DNA of 64,000 nucleotides from an uncultured Chthoniobacterales bacterium (GTDB lineage Bacteria; Verrucomicrobiota; Verrucomicrobiia; Chthoniobacterales; JAATET01): NCBI GenBank assembly GCA_964247025.1, contig CAXTSM010000001.1, positions 25,310 to 89,309 of the forward strand, read 5' to 3'. Shown piece by piece: positions 53,560 to 62,300 of this stretch (position 1 is its first letter; each line of letters starts with the position of its first letter). The notes under the pieces were generated by a model. It saw only the letters and a program-made list of their open reading frames with translations, ran no database searches and was not told where the DNA came from. The position numbers and the translations under genes were made by a program.

Positions 53560-55398
53560 ATGATCCGCCCTCTTCTTCTTGTCGTTTTCCTCCTTTTCGC
53601 CCTCGGGAGCCCGGCCCGCGCCTGGTGGAACAAGGATTGGACCGCGCGTAAAAAACTTACCGTCGACACCACCTCGGCGACCGGCGCCGAGATCGGCGCG
53701 CCCATCGGCGGCATCACCGTCCTCGTCCGCCTGCACGACGGGAACTTCAATTTCGGCGGCGCGAAGGAGGACGGCGGCGATCTCCGGTTCGTGGCCGAGG
53801 ACGACAAGACCGTGCTGGCGAGCCAGGTGGAAAAATTCGACCCGCTCCTGAACGAAGCCATCGTCTGGGTGCGGTTGCCGGACGTGAAGCCCGGCGCGCA
53901 GACCAGCTTCTGGCTCTACTCCGGCAACGCCGCCGCCGCCCCCGAAAAGGGCGCGAAGCCCCCCTTCGACGCCGACACCGCGCTCGCCTACCACTTCGCC
54001 GACCGCGGCGCGCCGTCCGTCGATTCCTCCGGCCAAAAGAACAACGCGGAAACCGCCGGCGCCGCCAGCGAAGGCGCGCTCATCGGCCCCGGCCTCCGCC
54101 TCCTCGGCGACAAGCCCATCGTGATTCCCCCCCGGCCCACGCTCGCCTTCGCCCCGGCGGAAGCCTTCACTTGGACCGCCTGGGTCAAGCAAACGCTCGC
54201 GCAGCCGGACGCGATCCTCTACCGCCTCGGCGACGGCGCGGGCGCCCTGGTCATCGGCCTCGCGAACGGCCTGCCCTACGTGACCGTCGCCGGCCAGCGC
54301 GTCACGTCCTCCGCCCCCGTTGCGCTGAACGCCTGGGCCCACCTCGCGGTGGTCGCGCAGGGCTCGACGCTCACGCTTTACGTGAACGGCAAGAGCGCCG
54401 GCGCGCTGAACGCCGCGCGCCCCGCGCTCGCCGGCCCGTCCGCGCTCGGCGCCGGCCCCGAGTCGACGACGCCCGGTTTCGTCGGCGAGATCGACGAGCT
54501 CCAGATCTCCCGCGCCGCCCGGCCCGAAGGCGCGATCCTTCTCGCGGTCCTCGGCCAGGGCGGCGGCGCCGCCGCCGACAAATTGCTCCAGGTCGGCGCG
54601 GACGAAGTCTCCGGCGGCGGCGGCCACAGCCCCATCCTCGAGCACCTCATGATCTTCAGCGACATCGCGAAGAACATGATGTTCGACGGCTGGATGGTCA
54701 TCGGCGTGTGCCTGATCATGGCCGTGGTCGGCTGGTCCGTCGCGATCCAGAAGTTCCTGTATTTGAACCGCATCCAGAAGGGAAGCGACGAGTTTCTCCG
54801 TCAATGGAGCGAGGTGTCCGGCGACCTGAACGCGATCGATTACCGGGACTCCGCCAGCGCGCAGAGCTTCGGCGGGAAGGCGACGCCGCGCACGCAGCGA
54901 TTGATGAAGCAATCCCCGCTCTATCACATCTATCACATCGGTTCGGAGGAAATCCGCCATCGGCTCCAGCGCGGCACCGCCTTCACGGGATTGACCGGCC
55001 GCTCCATCCAGGCCATCCGCGCCAGCCTCGAGGCCGGGCTCACCCGCGAGCAGACGCGGCTCAACGACAAGCTCGTCTTCCTCACGATCAGCATCGCGGG
55101 CGGCCCCTACGTCGGCCTGCTCGGCACGGTCGTCGGCGTCATGGTGACGTTCGCCGTCATCGCCAAGACCGGCGAGGTCGAGGTGAACTCCATCGCTCCC
55201 GGCATCGCGAGCGCGCTGCTCGCCACGGTGGCCGGCCTGCTCGTCGCGATCCCCGCCTTGTTCATCTACAGCTACCTCAACTCGCGCATCAAGATCGCCG
55301 CGACGAACATGCAGATCTTCATCGACGAGTTCGTCACGAAGATGGCCGAGTTCTACCCTCATCCCGACTCGCAGGAGCCGGCCGGCCGGGGGCATTGA
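53560..55398 (+). CDS. DUF2341 plus LamG-like periplasmic domains fused to a MotA/TolQ/ExbB proton-channel domain (612 aa)
   Basis: Only the last 612 aa of the 1142-aa track ORF are coding. Start MIRPLLLVVFLLFALGSPARA. AWWNKDWTARKKLTVD is the DUF2341-type start. The LamG-like block is FTWTAWVK...LYVNGK...FVGEIDELQISR. The C-terminal ExbB core is LVFLTISIAGGPYVGLLGTVVGVM...IAPGIASALLATVAGLLVAIPALFIY. Confidence 0.85.
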   Translation: MIRPLLLVVFLLFALGSPARAWWNKDWTARKKLTVDTTSATGAEIGAPIGGITVLVRLHDGNFNFGGAKEDGGDLRFVAEDDKTVLASQVEKFDPLLNEAIVWVRLPDVKPGAQTSFWLYSGNAAAAPEKGAKPPFDADTALAYHFADRGAPSVDSSGQKNNAETAGAASEGALIGPGLRLLGDKPIVIPPRPTLAFAPAEAFTWTAWVKQTLAQPDAILYRLGDGAGALVIGLANGLPYVTVAGQRVTSSAPVALNAWAHLAVVAQGSTLTLYVNGKSAGALNAARPALAGPSALGAGPESTTPGFVGEIDELQISRAARPEGAILLAVLGQGGGAAADKLLQVGADEVSGGGGHSPILEHLMIFSDIAKNMMFDGWMVIGVCLIMAVVGWSVAIQKFLYLNRIQKGSDEFLRQWSEVSGDLNAIDYRDSASAQSFGGKATPRTQRLMKQSPLYHIYHIGSEEIRHRLQRGTAFTGLTGRSIQAIRASLEAGLTREQTRLNDKLVFLTISIAGGPYVGLLGTVVGVMVTFAVIAKTGEVEVNSIAPGIASALLATVAGLLVAIPALFIYSYLNSRIKIAATNMQIFIDEFVTKMAEFYPHPDSQEPAGRGH

Positions 55399-55404
55399 TC
55401 ATCC

Positions 55405-55806
55405 ATGCAGGCCGACGACAACAAGTCTTACGACGACATCAACGTCACGCCGATGGTGGACCTTTATCTGGTCCTCCTGTTGATCTTCATCATCATGACC
55501 ACGGCCAGCGTGCAGGGGCTCAAGGTGGACCTGCCGAAGGCCAGCAAATCGCCCTCCCTCAACCAGTCGAAGACCCAGGCGATCACGGTCAACAACGAGG
55601 GCAAGATTTTCCTGAACACCGTGCCGGTCGAGCTGCCCGCCCTGGAGACACGGCTCGGCGAGGCGAAGGGGCAGAATCCCGACGTGCCCGTCGTGATCAA
55701 GGGCGACAGCCGCACGCAATACCAAATCATCATGGACGTGCTTGACGTGGTCGGCCGCGTCGGCATCGCCAAGGTCGGCCTCGCCACCCAGGGCCCGAAA
55801 AAATGA
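55405..55806 (+). CDS. exbD: Biopolymer transport protein ExbD/TolR
   Basis: DINVTPMVDLYLVLLLIFII is the conserved Asp-containing TM helix. The periplasmic domain shows VVIKGDSRTQYQIIMDVLDVV. Confidence 0.9.
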   Translation: MQADDNKSYDDINVTPMVDLYLVLLLIFIIMTTASVQGLKVDLPKASKSPSLNQSKTQAITVNNEGKIFLNTVPVELPALETRLGEAKGQNPDVPVVIKGDSRTQYQIIMDVLDVVGRVGIAKVGLATQGPKK

Positions 55807-56513
55807 CCGCGACGCAGCCGCCGCCACCCGAAATCGACGACGAGGAGGAGCCCGGCTTCTTGGCGCGGTTTCGCGTCCCAATCCTCGTGGCGGGCGTCGT
55901 CCTGATCGGCGGCCTGGCATGGGCGGTTTCCGCGATGCCCTCGACCCCGACGCGGAAAAAAGAAGTGCGCGTGGTCGAAGTCATGCCGCCGCTTCCGCCG
56001 CCGCCGCCACCACCCCCGCCGCCGCCGCCCGATCAGCCGCCGCCGGAGAAGCAGCCGGAATTTCAGGAGGAAAAACAGCCCGAGGACAAGCCGCCCGACC
56101 CGAAGCCGGAGGAGCCGCCCGCGGCCCCGCTCGGCACGAACAACGAAACCAACGGCCCGGACGACGGCTTCGGCCTGAACAAGGGCGGCAACGGCTTCGG
56201 CCCCGGCGGCCTCGGCGCCGGCAGCGGGAACCGCAGCAAGTGGGGCTGGTATGCCGGCCAGGTGCAGAAACGCGTCGTCGATGCCCTGCGCGCGAACAAG
56301 CTCACCCGCAGCGCGTCGATGGCGCTCCAGGTCCGCATTTGGGCGGATTCCACGGGTCGCATCGAGCGCGCCAGCCTTACCGGCTCCTCTGGAAACGCCG
56401 CCGTCGACCAGGCGATCCGCGACCAGATTCTCACCGGCCTCCAGCTTTCCCAGCCACCTCCCGAGGGCATGCCCATGCCCATCGTCATGCGCATCACCGC
56501 CCGCCGTCCTTGA
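55803..56513 (+). CDS. TonB-like energy transducer
   Basis: ATGA overlap with exbD. N-terminal TM helix, a poly-Pro/Glu/Lys spacer (PPLPPPPPPPPPPPPDQPPPEKQPEFQEEKQPEDKPPDPKPEEPP), and a TonB_C-like end (YAGQVQKRV...RIWADSTGRIERASLTGSSGNAAVDQAIRD). Confidence 0.8.
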   Translation: MTATQPPPPEIDDEEEPGFLARFRVPILVAGVVLIGGLAWAVSAMPSTPTRKKEVRVVEVMPPLPPPPPPPPPPPPDQPPPEKQPEFQEEKQPEDKPPDPKPEEPPAAPLGTNNETNGPDDGFGLNKGGNGFGPGGLGAGSGNRSKWGWYAGQVQKRVVDALRANKLTRSASMALQVRIWADSTGRIERASLTGSSGNAAVDQAIRDQILTGLQLSQPPPEGMPMPIVMRITARRP

Positions 56514-56530
56514 TTCAACCGACTCAACCC

Positions 56531-58591
56531 ATGACCCGCCTCGCCCCGCCCGCCCGCCGCCTCCGACGATGGAGCGCGCTCTTCCTGCTGCCCCTCGCCG
56601 GCCTGCTCGCCCAGACCGACGATCTGGAAACGCCCGCGGAACTCATCTCGCCAAAGCTCGCCGCCAACACCGCGGCCGCCACCGACGGCCCCGCCGCGCC
56701 CGCCACCGCGACGACCCCGAAGACCGCCGAGACGTCCGATTCCTGGTCCGCCCTGCCCCGCGCCGAAACCCCCGCCGCCCCGGCTCCGGCCTCGATGCCC
56801 GTCAGCGACGCCGATCTCGCCGCCTCCACCGGCGCCGACATGCTGCCTCCCGGCGTCGCCGCCCCGGGTGCCGCCCCCGGCGCGATGCCGCCATCGCAGA
56901 ACGTGACGATCAACCTCATCAACCGGCTCGTGAAACGCGGCGTGCTCACCAAGGAGGACGCCGTGGATTTGATCCAGCAGGCCGAGGCCGACGCCCAGAC
57001 GGCCCAGGCGCAGGCCGTCGCCACGCAGGACGCCGTGGCCCAGGCCACCGCCGCCGCCCAGCAGGCCGTGGCGAATACCCCGCCGCCCCCCGAGGATGAC
57101 GGCAGCGTGCGCGTGACCTACGTGCCCGAGATCGTGCGGTCGCAGATCACCTCCCAGGTGAAGGACGAGGTGATGGCCCAGGCAAAAAGCGAGGGGTGGG
57201 CCGCGCCGAATCTCATCCCGGGCTGGCTGCCGAGATTCCGTCCCTTCGCCGACATCCGCGTGCGTTACGAAGGCGATTTTTTCCCCGACGGCAACGACAA
57301 CACCGGCGCCTTTCCGAACTTCAACGCGATCAATACCGGCACGCCCTTCAACGTCGCCGGCGACCAGTTCTCGCCGCAGTTGAACGTCGACAAGGACCGC
57401 ACGCGCTACCGCCTGCGTGCCCGCTTCGGCGCCGATCTCGACCTCGGCGAGGGCTTCACGGCCGGCATCCGCATCGCCACCGGGCAGGACAACTCGCCGA
57501 CGTCCGCGAATCAAAGCCTCGGCCTTCCGTACCAGGGCCAGGGCGGCAACTTCAGCAAATACGCCATCTGGCTCGACCGCGCCTTCATCCGCTACGAATA
57601 CGGCGGCCTGCCGACCAAGAATCTCGCGCTCACCGTGGGCCGCTTCGATAACCCGTTCTTCACCACGAGCGAGATCATGTGGGACAACGACATCGGCTTC
57701 GACGGCGTCGCGCTGCAAGCGAAATACGAGGTCCTTCGGGGCTTCACCCCCTTCATCTCCGGCGGTCTTTTCCCGGTCTTCAACACCGATTTCAACTTCT
57801 CCTCGAACCAGCCGCAAAAATTCGCGAGCTACGATAAATACCTCTACGCCGTGCAGCTCGGCGAGGACTGGAACGTCACGAAGGATATCGAATTGAAATC
57901 GGCCGTCGGTTATTTCTACTTTCAGAATATCGAAGGCCAGCTGAGCACGCCCTACACGCCGCTCTCCGCCAATGACGCGGGCGACACCGACGCAAGCCGC
58001 CCCGCCTTCGCCCAAAAAGGCAACACCTACATGGCGCTGCGCGACATCGTGCCGAACGCGAGCAACAACTTCGGCACGATCAACCAATTTCAATATTACG
58101 GCCTCGCGACCCCCTATCAGAACCTCACCGTCAACGGCCGCCTCGCCTACAAGCACTTCGAGCCGTTCGTCGCGGCCGTCTCGTTCGAATACGTAAAAAA
58201 CCTCGCCTTCGACCGAAACGAGGTCGCCTCGAAGGCGGTGAACAACCGCGGCGCGGTGGACGACGGCCTGTCGGACCCGCTCGGCTCGTTCGTCGGCGGC
58301 GACAACGCGTGGATCGTCCAGGGGCAAATCGGCGCCGAGACGCTCGCCCGCCGCTGGGACTGGAACATCTTCGGCGGCTACCGCTACGTGGAGAGCGATT
58401 CCGTCGTCGACGGCTTCAACGACTCCGACTTCGGCGGCGGCGGCACGAACCTGAAGGGCTACACCATCGGCGCGAACCTCGCGCTCTCCGCGAACGTCTA
58501 CGTCGGCCTGCGCTACCTCAGCGCGACCAGCATCGCCGGGCCACCGTTCAAGGAGGACATCATCCAGCTCGACCTGAACGCCAAATTTTGA
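56531..58591 (+). CDS. Large outer-membrane beta-barrel (putative-porin-like, 686 aa) with a long N-terminal low-complexity/helical extension
   Basis: Last 686 aa of the 949-aa track ORF, with a signal peptide. About 230 aa of A/P/T-rich and helical sequence come first. Alternating beta-strand patterns follow (YRLRARFGADLDLGEGFTAGIRIATG, AIWLDRAFIRYEY...), ending LDLNAKF with a terminal Phe. Confidence 0.7.
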   Translation: MTRLAPPARRLRRWSALFLLPLAGLLAQTDDLETPAELISPKLAANTAAATDGPAAPATATTPKTAETSDSWSALPRAETPAAPAPASMPVSDADLAASTGADMLPPGVAAPGAAPGAMPPSQNVTINLINRLVKRGVLTKEDAVDLIQQAEADAQTAQAQAVATQDAVAQATAAAQQAVANTPPPPEDDGSVRVTYVPEIVRSQITSQVKDEVMAQAKSEGWAAPNLIPGWLPRFRPFADIRVRYEGDFFPDGNDNTGAFPNFNAINTGTPFNVAGDQFSPQLNVDKDRTRYRLRARFGADLDLGEGFTAGIRIATGQDNSPTSANQSLGLPYQGQGGNFSKYAIWLDRAFIRYEYGGLPTKNLALTVGRFDNPFFTTSEIMWDNDIGFDGVALQAKYEVLRGFTPFISGGLFPVFNTDFNFSSNQPQKFASYDKYLYAVQLGEDWNVTKDIELKSAVGYFYFQNIEGQLSTPYTPLSANDAGDTDASRPAFAQKGNTYMALRDIVPNASNNFGTINQFQYYGLATPYQNLTVNGRLAYKHFEPFVAAVSFEYVKNLAFDRNEVASKAVNNRGAVDDGLSDPLGSFVGGDNAWIVQGQIGAETLARRWDWNIFGGYRYVESDSVVDGFNDSDFGGGGTNLKGYTIGANLALSANVYVGLRYLSATSIAGPPFKEDIIQLDLNAKF

Positions 58592-58594
58592 CGC

Positions 58595-59209
58595 ATGAAA
58601 AAGTTTCTTTTCCTCCTCCTTTTTGTCCTCGGCGGCCCGCTTCTCGCGCAGGAGCAGCCGGACCCGGTCGCCCAGAAGCTCCGGGAAGGCCTTCGCAGCA
58701 CGATGCTCCAACTCCGCGACGCGCAAGGGCAGATCGCAAACGCCCAGGCCGCCAAGATCCAGGACGACGCCCGGATCAAGGACCTCACCGCGAAACTGGA
58801 AAAAATCACGAAGCAGAGCGCCGCGGACCGGACGACCGCCACCAAGACCATCGCCGACCTCACGGCCCGGAACGCCTCGCAGGACACCCGCAACGCCCAG
58901 CAGCTCGAAGCCCTCGGCAAGTGGAAAAGCTCCTTCAACGAGCTCCTCGCGAAGGCCAAGGAAATCGACGCCAAACGCGCGGAGCTCGCCCAGCAGAAGA
59001 TCCTCCTCGATCGCAAGGTCGCCGACCAGCAGCGCCGCAACGTCGCGCTTTACGATCTCGGGAAGGAAATCCTCCGCCGCTACGAGCACTACGGGCTCGG
59101 CGACGCGATCCTGGCTCGCGAGCCTTTCGTCGGCATCAGCAAGGTGAAGTTCGAGACCTACATTCAGGAGAACGCCGACAAGCTCGCCGACCAGAAGATC
59201 AAGCCCTGA
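58595..59209 (+). CDS. Secreted coiled-coil protein (204 aa)
   Basis: Signal peptide MKKFLFLLLFVLGGPLLAQ, then heptad-rich K/E/Q/A sequence. It starts 3 nt after the barrel gene's stop. Confidence 0.7.
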   Translation: MKKFLFLLLFVLGGPLLAQEQPDPVAQKLREGLRSTMLQLRDAQGQIANAQAAKIQDDARIKDLTAKLEKITKQSAADRTTATKTIADLTARNASQDTRNAQQLEALGKWKSSFNELLAKAKEIDAKRAELAQQKILLDRKVADQQRRNVALYDLGKEILRRYEHYGLGDAILAREPFVGISKVKFETYIQENADKLADQKIKP

Positions 59210-59216
59210 GTCTCCC

Positions 59217-59234
59217 CGGCCCCGACGGGGGCCG
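59217..59234 (+). other. GC hairpin after the coiled-coil gene (weak terminator or attenuator; no U-tract)
   Basis: CGGCCCC-gacg-GGGGCCG forms a 7-bp stem 8 nt after the stop at 59209. It is followed by AATGTCAC, not a T-run. Confidence 0.35.
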
Positions 59235-59344
59235 AATGTCACGAAAAGTTCACGGAAGCCCCGTTGTCGCGGGAACGTCGTTCCGGGACGGTTTGCGCGC
59301 GCCCGACGCGGTGGTCACCGCGTCCGCATCCGACCCTTCCTTCC

Positions 59345-62300
59345 ATGCCCCGCGTGAACTCTCTCGCCCCGGCCGCGCTCGCGGCGGCGGCGTTATTCCT
59401 GCCGTCGACCCGCGGCGGCGATCTCCTGCGGGGCGGGGCGCCGATGGGTTCGACCCACCGGGCCGCCACCGGCGGGAACAACGCCGGCGGCGCCTCGGCC
59501 GCCGCCGCGCAGGCCGTCGCCCGCGACCGTCTTTCCCGCACCACCCGGGCGCTCGACTCCATGGTGGCCCTGCAGACCGCCGCCCGCGCCGCCGCCGGCC
59601 GTCCGCGCCGGGATTTTCCCGTCATTCGCGACGGCCTCGGCAAAAACGGGCTCCAGCTGGCCCCCGGCGTGCCGAAGGATCTGGCCCATCCCGGCAAGGG
59701 CGAGGACCGCGGCCTGTGGACCGGCGCGGACTTGCCCACGCAGACGAAAAGCGGCGACCGCACGAACGTCACCATCGTTCAGACCAGGCAGCAGGCCCTG
59801 CTGAATTGGACCACGTTCGACGTCGGCGCGAAAACCACGCTCACCTTCGACCAGGGCGCGGGCGGCCGCGATAGCGGGAAATGGATCGCGTTCAACAAGA
59901 TCGACGACCCGAGCGGGCGTCCATCGCAGATCCTCGGCTCCATCCAGGCCGACGGGCAGGTCTACGTCCTCAACCAGAACGGCATCATTTTCGGCGGCGC
60001 CAGCCAGGTCAACGTCCACGCCCTCGTCGCCTCCGCCCTCCCGATCGATGGGAACCTCATCTCGCGCGGCCTCATCGACAATCCCGCGGCCCAATTCCTG
60101 TTCTCCGCGCCCCGCACCGAGCTCCTCGCCGGGCTCACCGCCGCCACCCCGGTCGTTTCGCTGCTCCGCGTGGTCGACGAGCGCAGCACGCCGAAAGTCA
60201 CGGCTTCCCTCACCCGAAAGACGCCCGCCGGCGGCTCGGAAAACCTCTCCGTCGACCTTGTCCCCGGCCGCGACTACACGCTCGTCACCCGCGCCAATCG
60301 CCGTTCCACCCTCACGCTTACCGCCGCCGGCCTGGCAAAAACCCAGGGGCCGGAAATCACCGCCACGACCTATCGCGCGTCCTACGTGGAGCTCAATGGC
60401 GACATCGTCGTGGACCGCGGCGCCCGGCTCGAGAGCCCCACTTCCCCCGCCAAGGTCGGCGGTCGCATCATGCTCGCCGGCGCGAACGTCGCGAATGCCG
60501 GCACCATCTCCACCCCGGACGGGCAGGCCATTCTCGCGGCCGGCCTGCAGGTCGGCATCGACGCCCATAAAAGCAGCGACCCCTCGATCCGCGGCCTGGA
60601 CGTTTACGTCGGCAAAGTCTTCGACCCCGACACGATGACCGGAGATTTCGCCGGCACGGCCACGAATTCCGGCCTCATCCAGGCGCCGCGCGCCAACGCC
60701 ACCCTCACCGGTCGGAGCGTCGGCCAGCTCGGCGTGATCGACGGCTCCACGTCCGTTTCCCTGAACGGCAGCATCACCCTCGCGGCGAACTACGACGCCA
60801 CGCGGAACTCGAACTACGACCCGTCGGATCCGGCCAAGGGCGCGATCTTCAACTACCGCTCCACCGGTGCGATCACGCTCGGCGACGGCAGCGTCACCCG
60901 CATCCTGCCCGAATCCGCCAGCTCCGAGAGCCGCACCGAGCTCGGGCACGCGTCCCTCATGACCCTCGCCGGCCGCACGATCCACCTCGAGACCGGCGCC
61001 ACCATCCTCGCCCCCAACGCCGACGTCACCGCGCAGGCCGGCAACTGGCTTTTCCTTCCCTCGAGCGGAGCCGGCGCGCCGACCTCGGAATTCGTCTACA
61101 CCGGCGGGCAAATCTACCTCGATCGCGGCGCGGTCATCGACGTCGCGGGCTCCACCGGCGCCCTGTCGCCCCTGTCGCAAAATATCCTCCAGCTCCAGCT
61201 CCGCGGCGCCGAGCTGTCCGACTCCCCGCTCCAGCGCACCGGCCCGCTGCGCGCCACCGACCTCGTCGTCGACCTGCGGAATCACGGCCGCTCTCTCGGC
61301 CGCGACTGGCTGGGCACCCCGCTCGCCGACGTCTCCGGCTACGCCAAGTTGATCGAGCGCACCGTCGCCGAGCTCACGACGGCCGGCGGCACCGTGGACC
61401 TGCGCGCGGGCGGTTCCGTGGTCCTCCAAAAAGGCTCCGCCGTGGATGTCTCCGGCGGCTGGGTTCGGTATCGATCGGGGCTTGTCGAGACGAGCCGCGT
61501 CTGGTCGGGCAATCGCCTCATCGACATCGCGAACGCCACGCCCGATCTCGTTTACGACGGCCTCTACACCGCGAAATTCCTCCTGGTCCAGCCGAAGTGG
61601 GGCATCAGCACGACCTTCGCGAATCCCCTCTCGCTCGGGAATCGCCACTTCGAGCGCAACTACGTCGCCGGGGACGACGGCGGCCGCATCGCGATCACCG
61701 CCCCCGCCATGGCGCTCGACGGCCGGCTGTCGGGCAACACCACCGCCGGTCCGCGCCAGCTCCGCGACGCCGGGGGCGCCTCCGACCTGCCCGCCGCCAG
61801 CCGCCTCGCGCTCGTTTTCCAATCCCAGATTCCCTCCCAAATCGATCCGCACATCACCCTCACCGTTTCGCCCCATGCGCCCCGCGTCGTCTTCGGCGAC
61901 GATCCCGGCCAGCCCGCGGCGGGGCCGTTCCGGCTCGACGCTTTCGGCGATCCCCGCGACTTGCCCGCCGCCCGTGAAAAGCTCGTCATGATCTCTCCGG
62001 ACCTCGTCGATCGCGACGGTTTCGGCTCGCTCGCCATCGACGACAGCTCCGGCCGCATCGACCTGCCCGCTTCCGTTTCCCTCGACTTCGCCCCGGGCGC
62101 GCCGGGGGACCCCGCCCTCGCGAACCTCGACCTCCAGGCCCTTCGCATCGACGTCGGCGGCGACATCGTGGCCCCCGGGGGAAGCTTGAAGTTCACCGTC
62201 TACAGCTACTCGAAATCCGACTTCAACCTTCTCGCCTCGACCACGCCGCCCGAGGATCTCCCCGCGCCCGAACCCGACCCGCGTTCCGGCAATTTCGTCC

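Noticed and set aside
51896-59242. Minus-strand ORFs 51896..53557, 53554..55395 and 56063..59242, and the 5' 530 codons of 51970..55398 (+)
   Set aside because: They are antisense to or off frame with tpsB, the exbB fusion, exbD, tonB, the barrel and the coiled-coil genes. Only the last 612 aa of 51970..55398 have a signal peptide, domains and proper codon bias.
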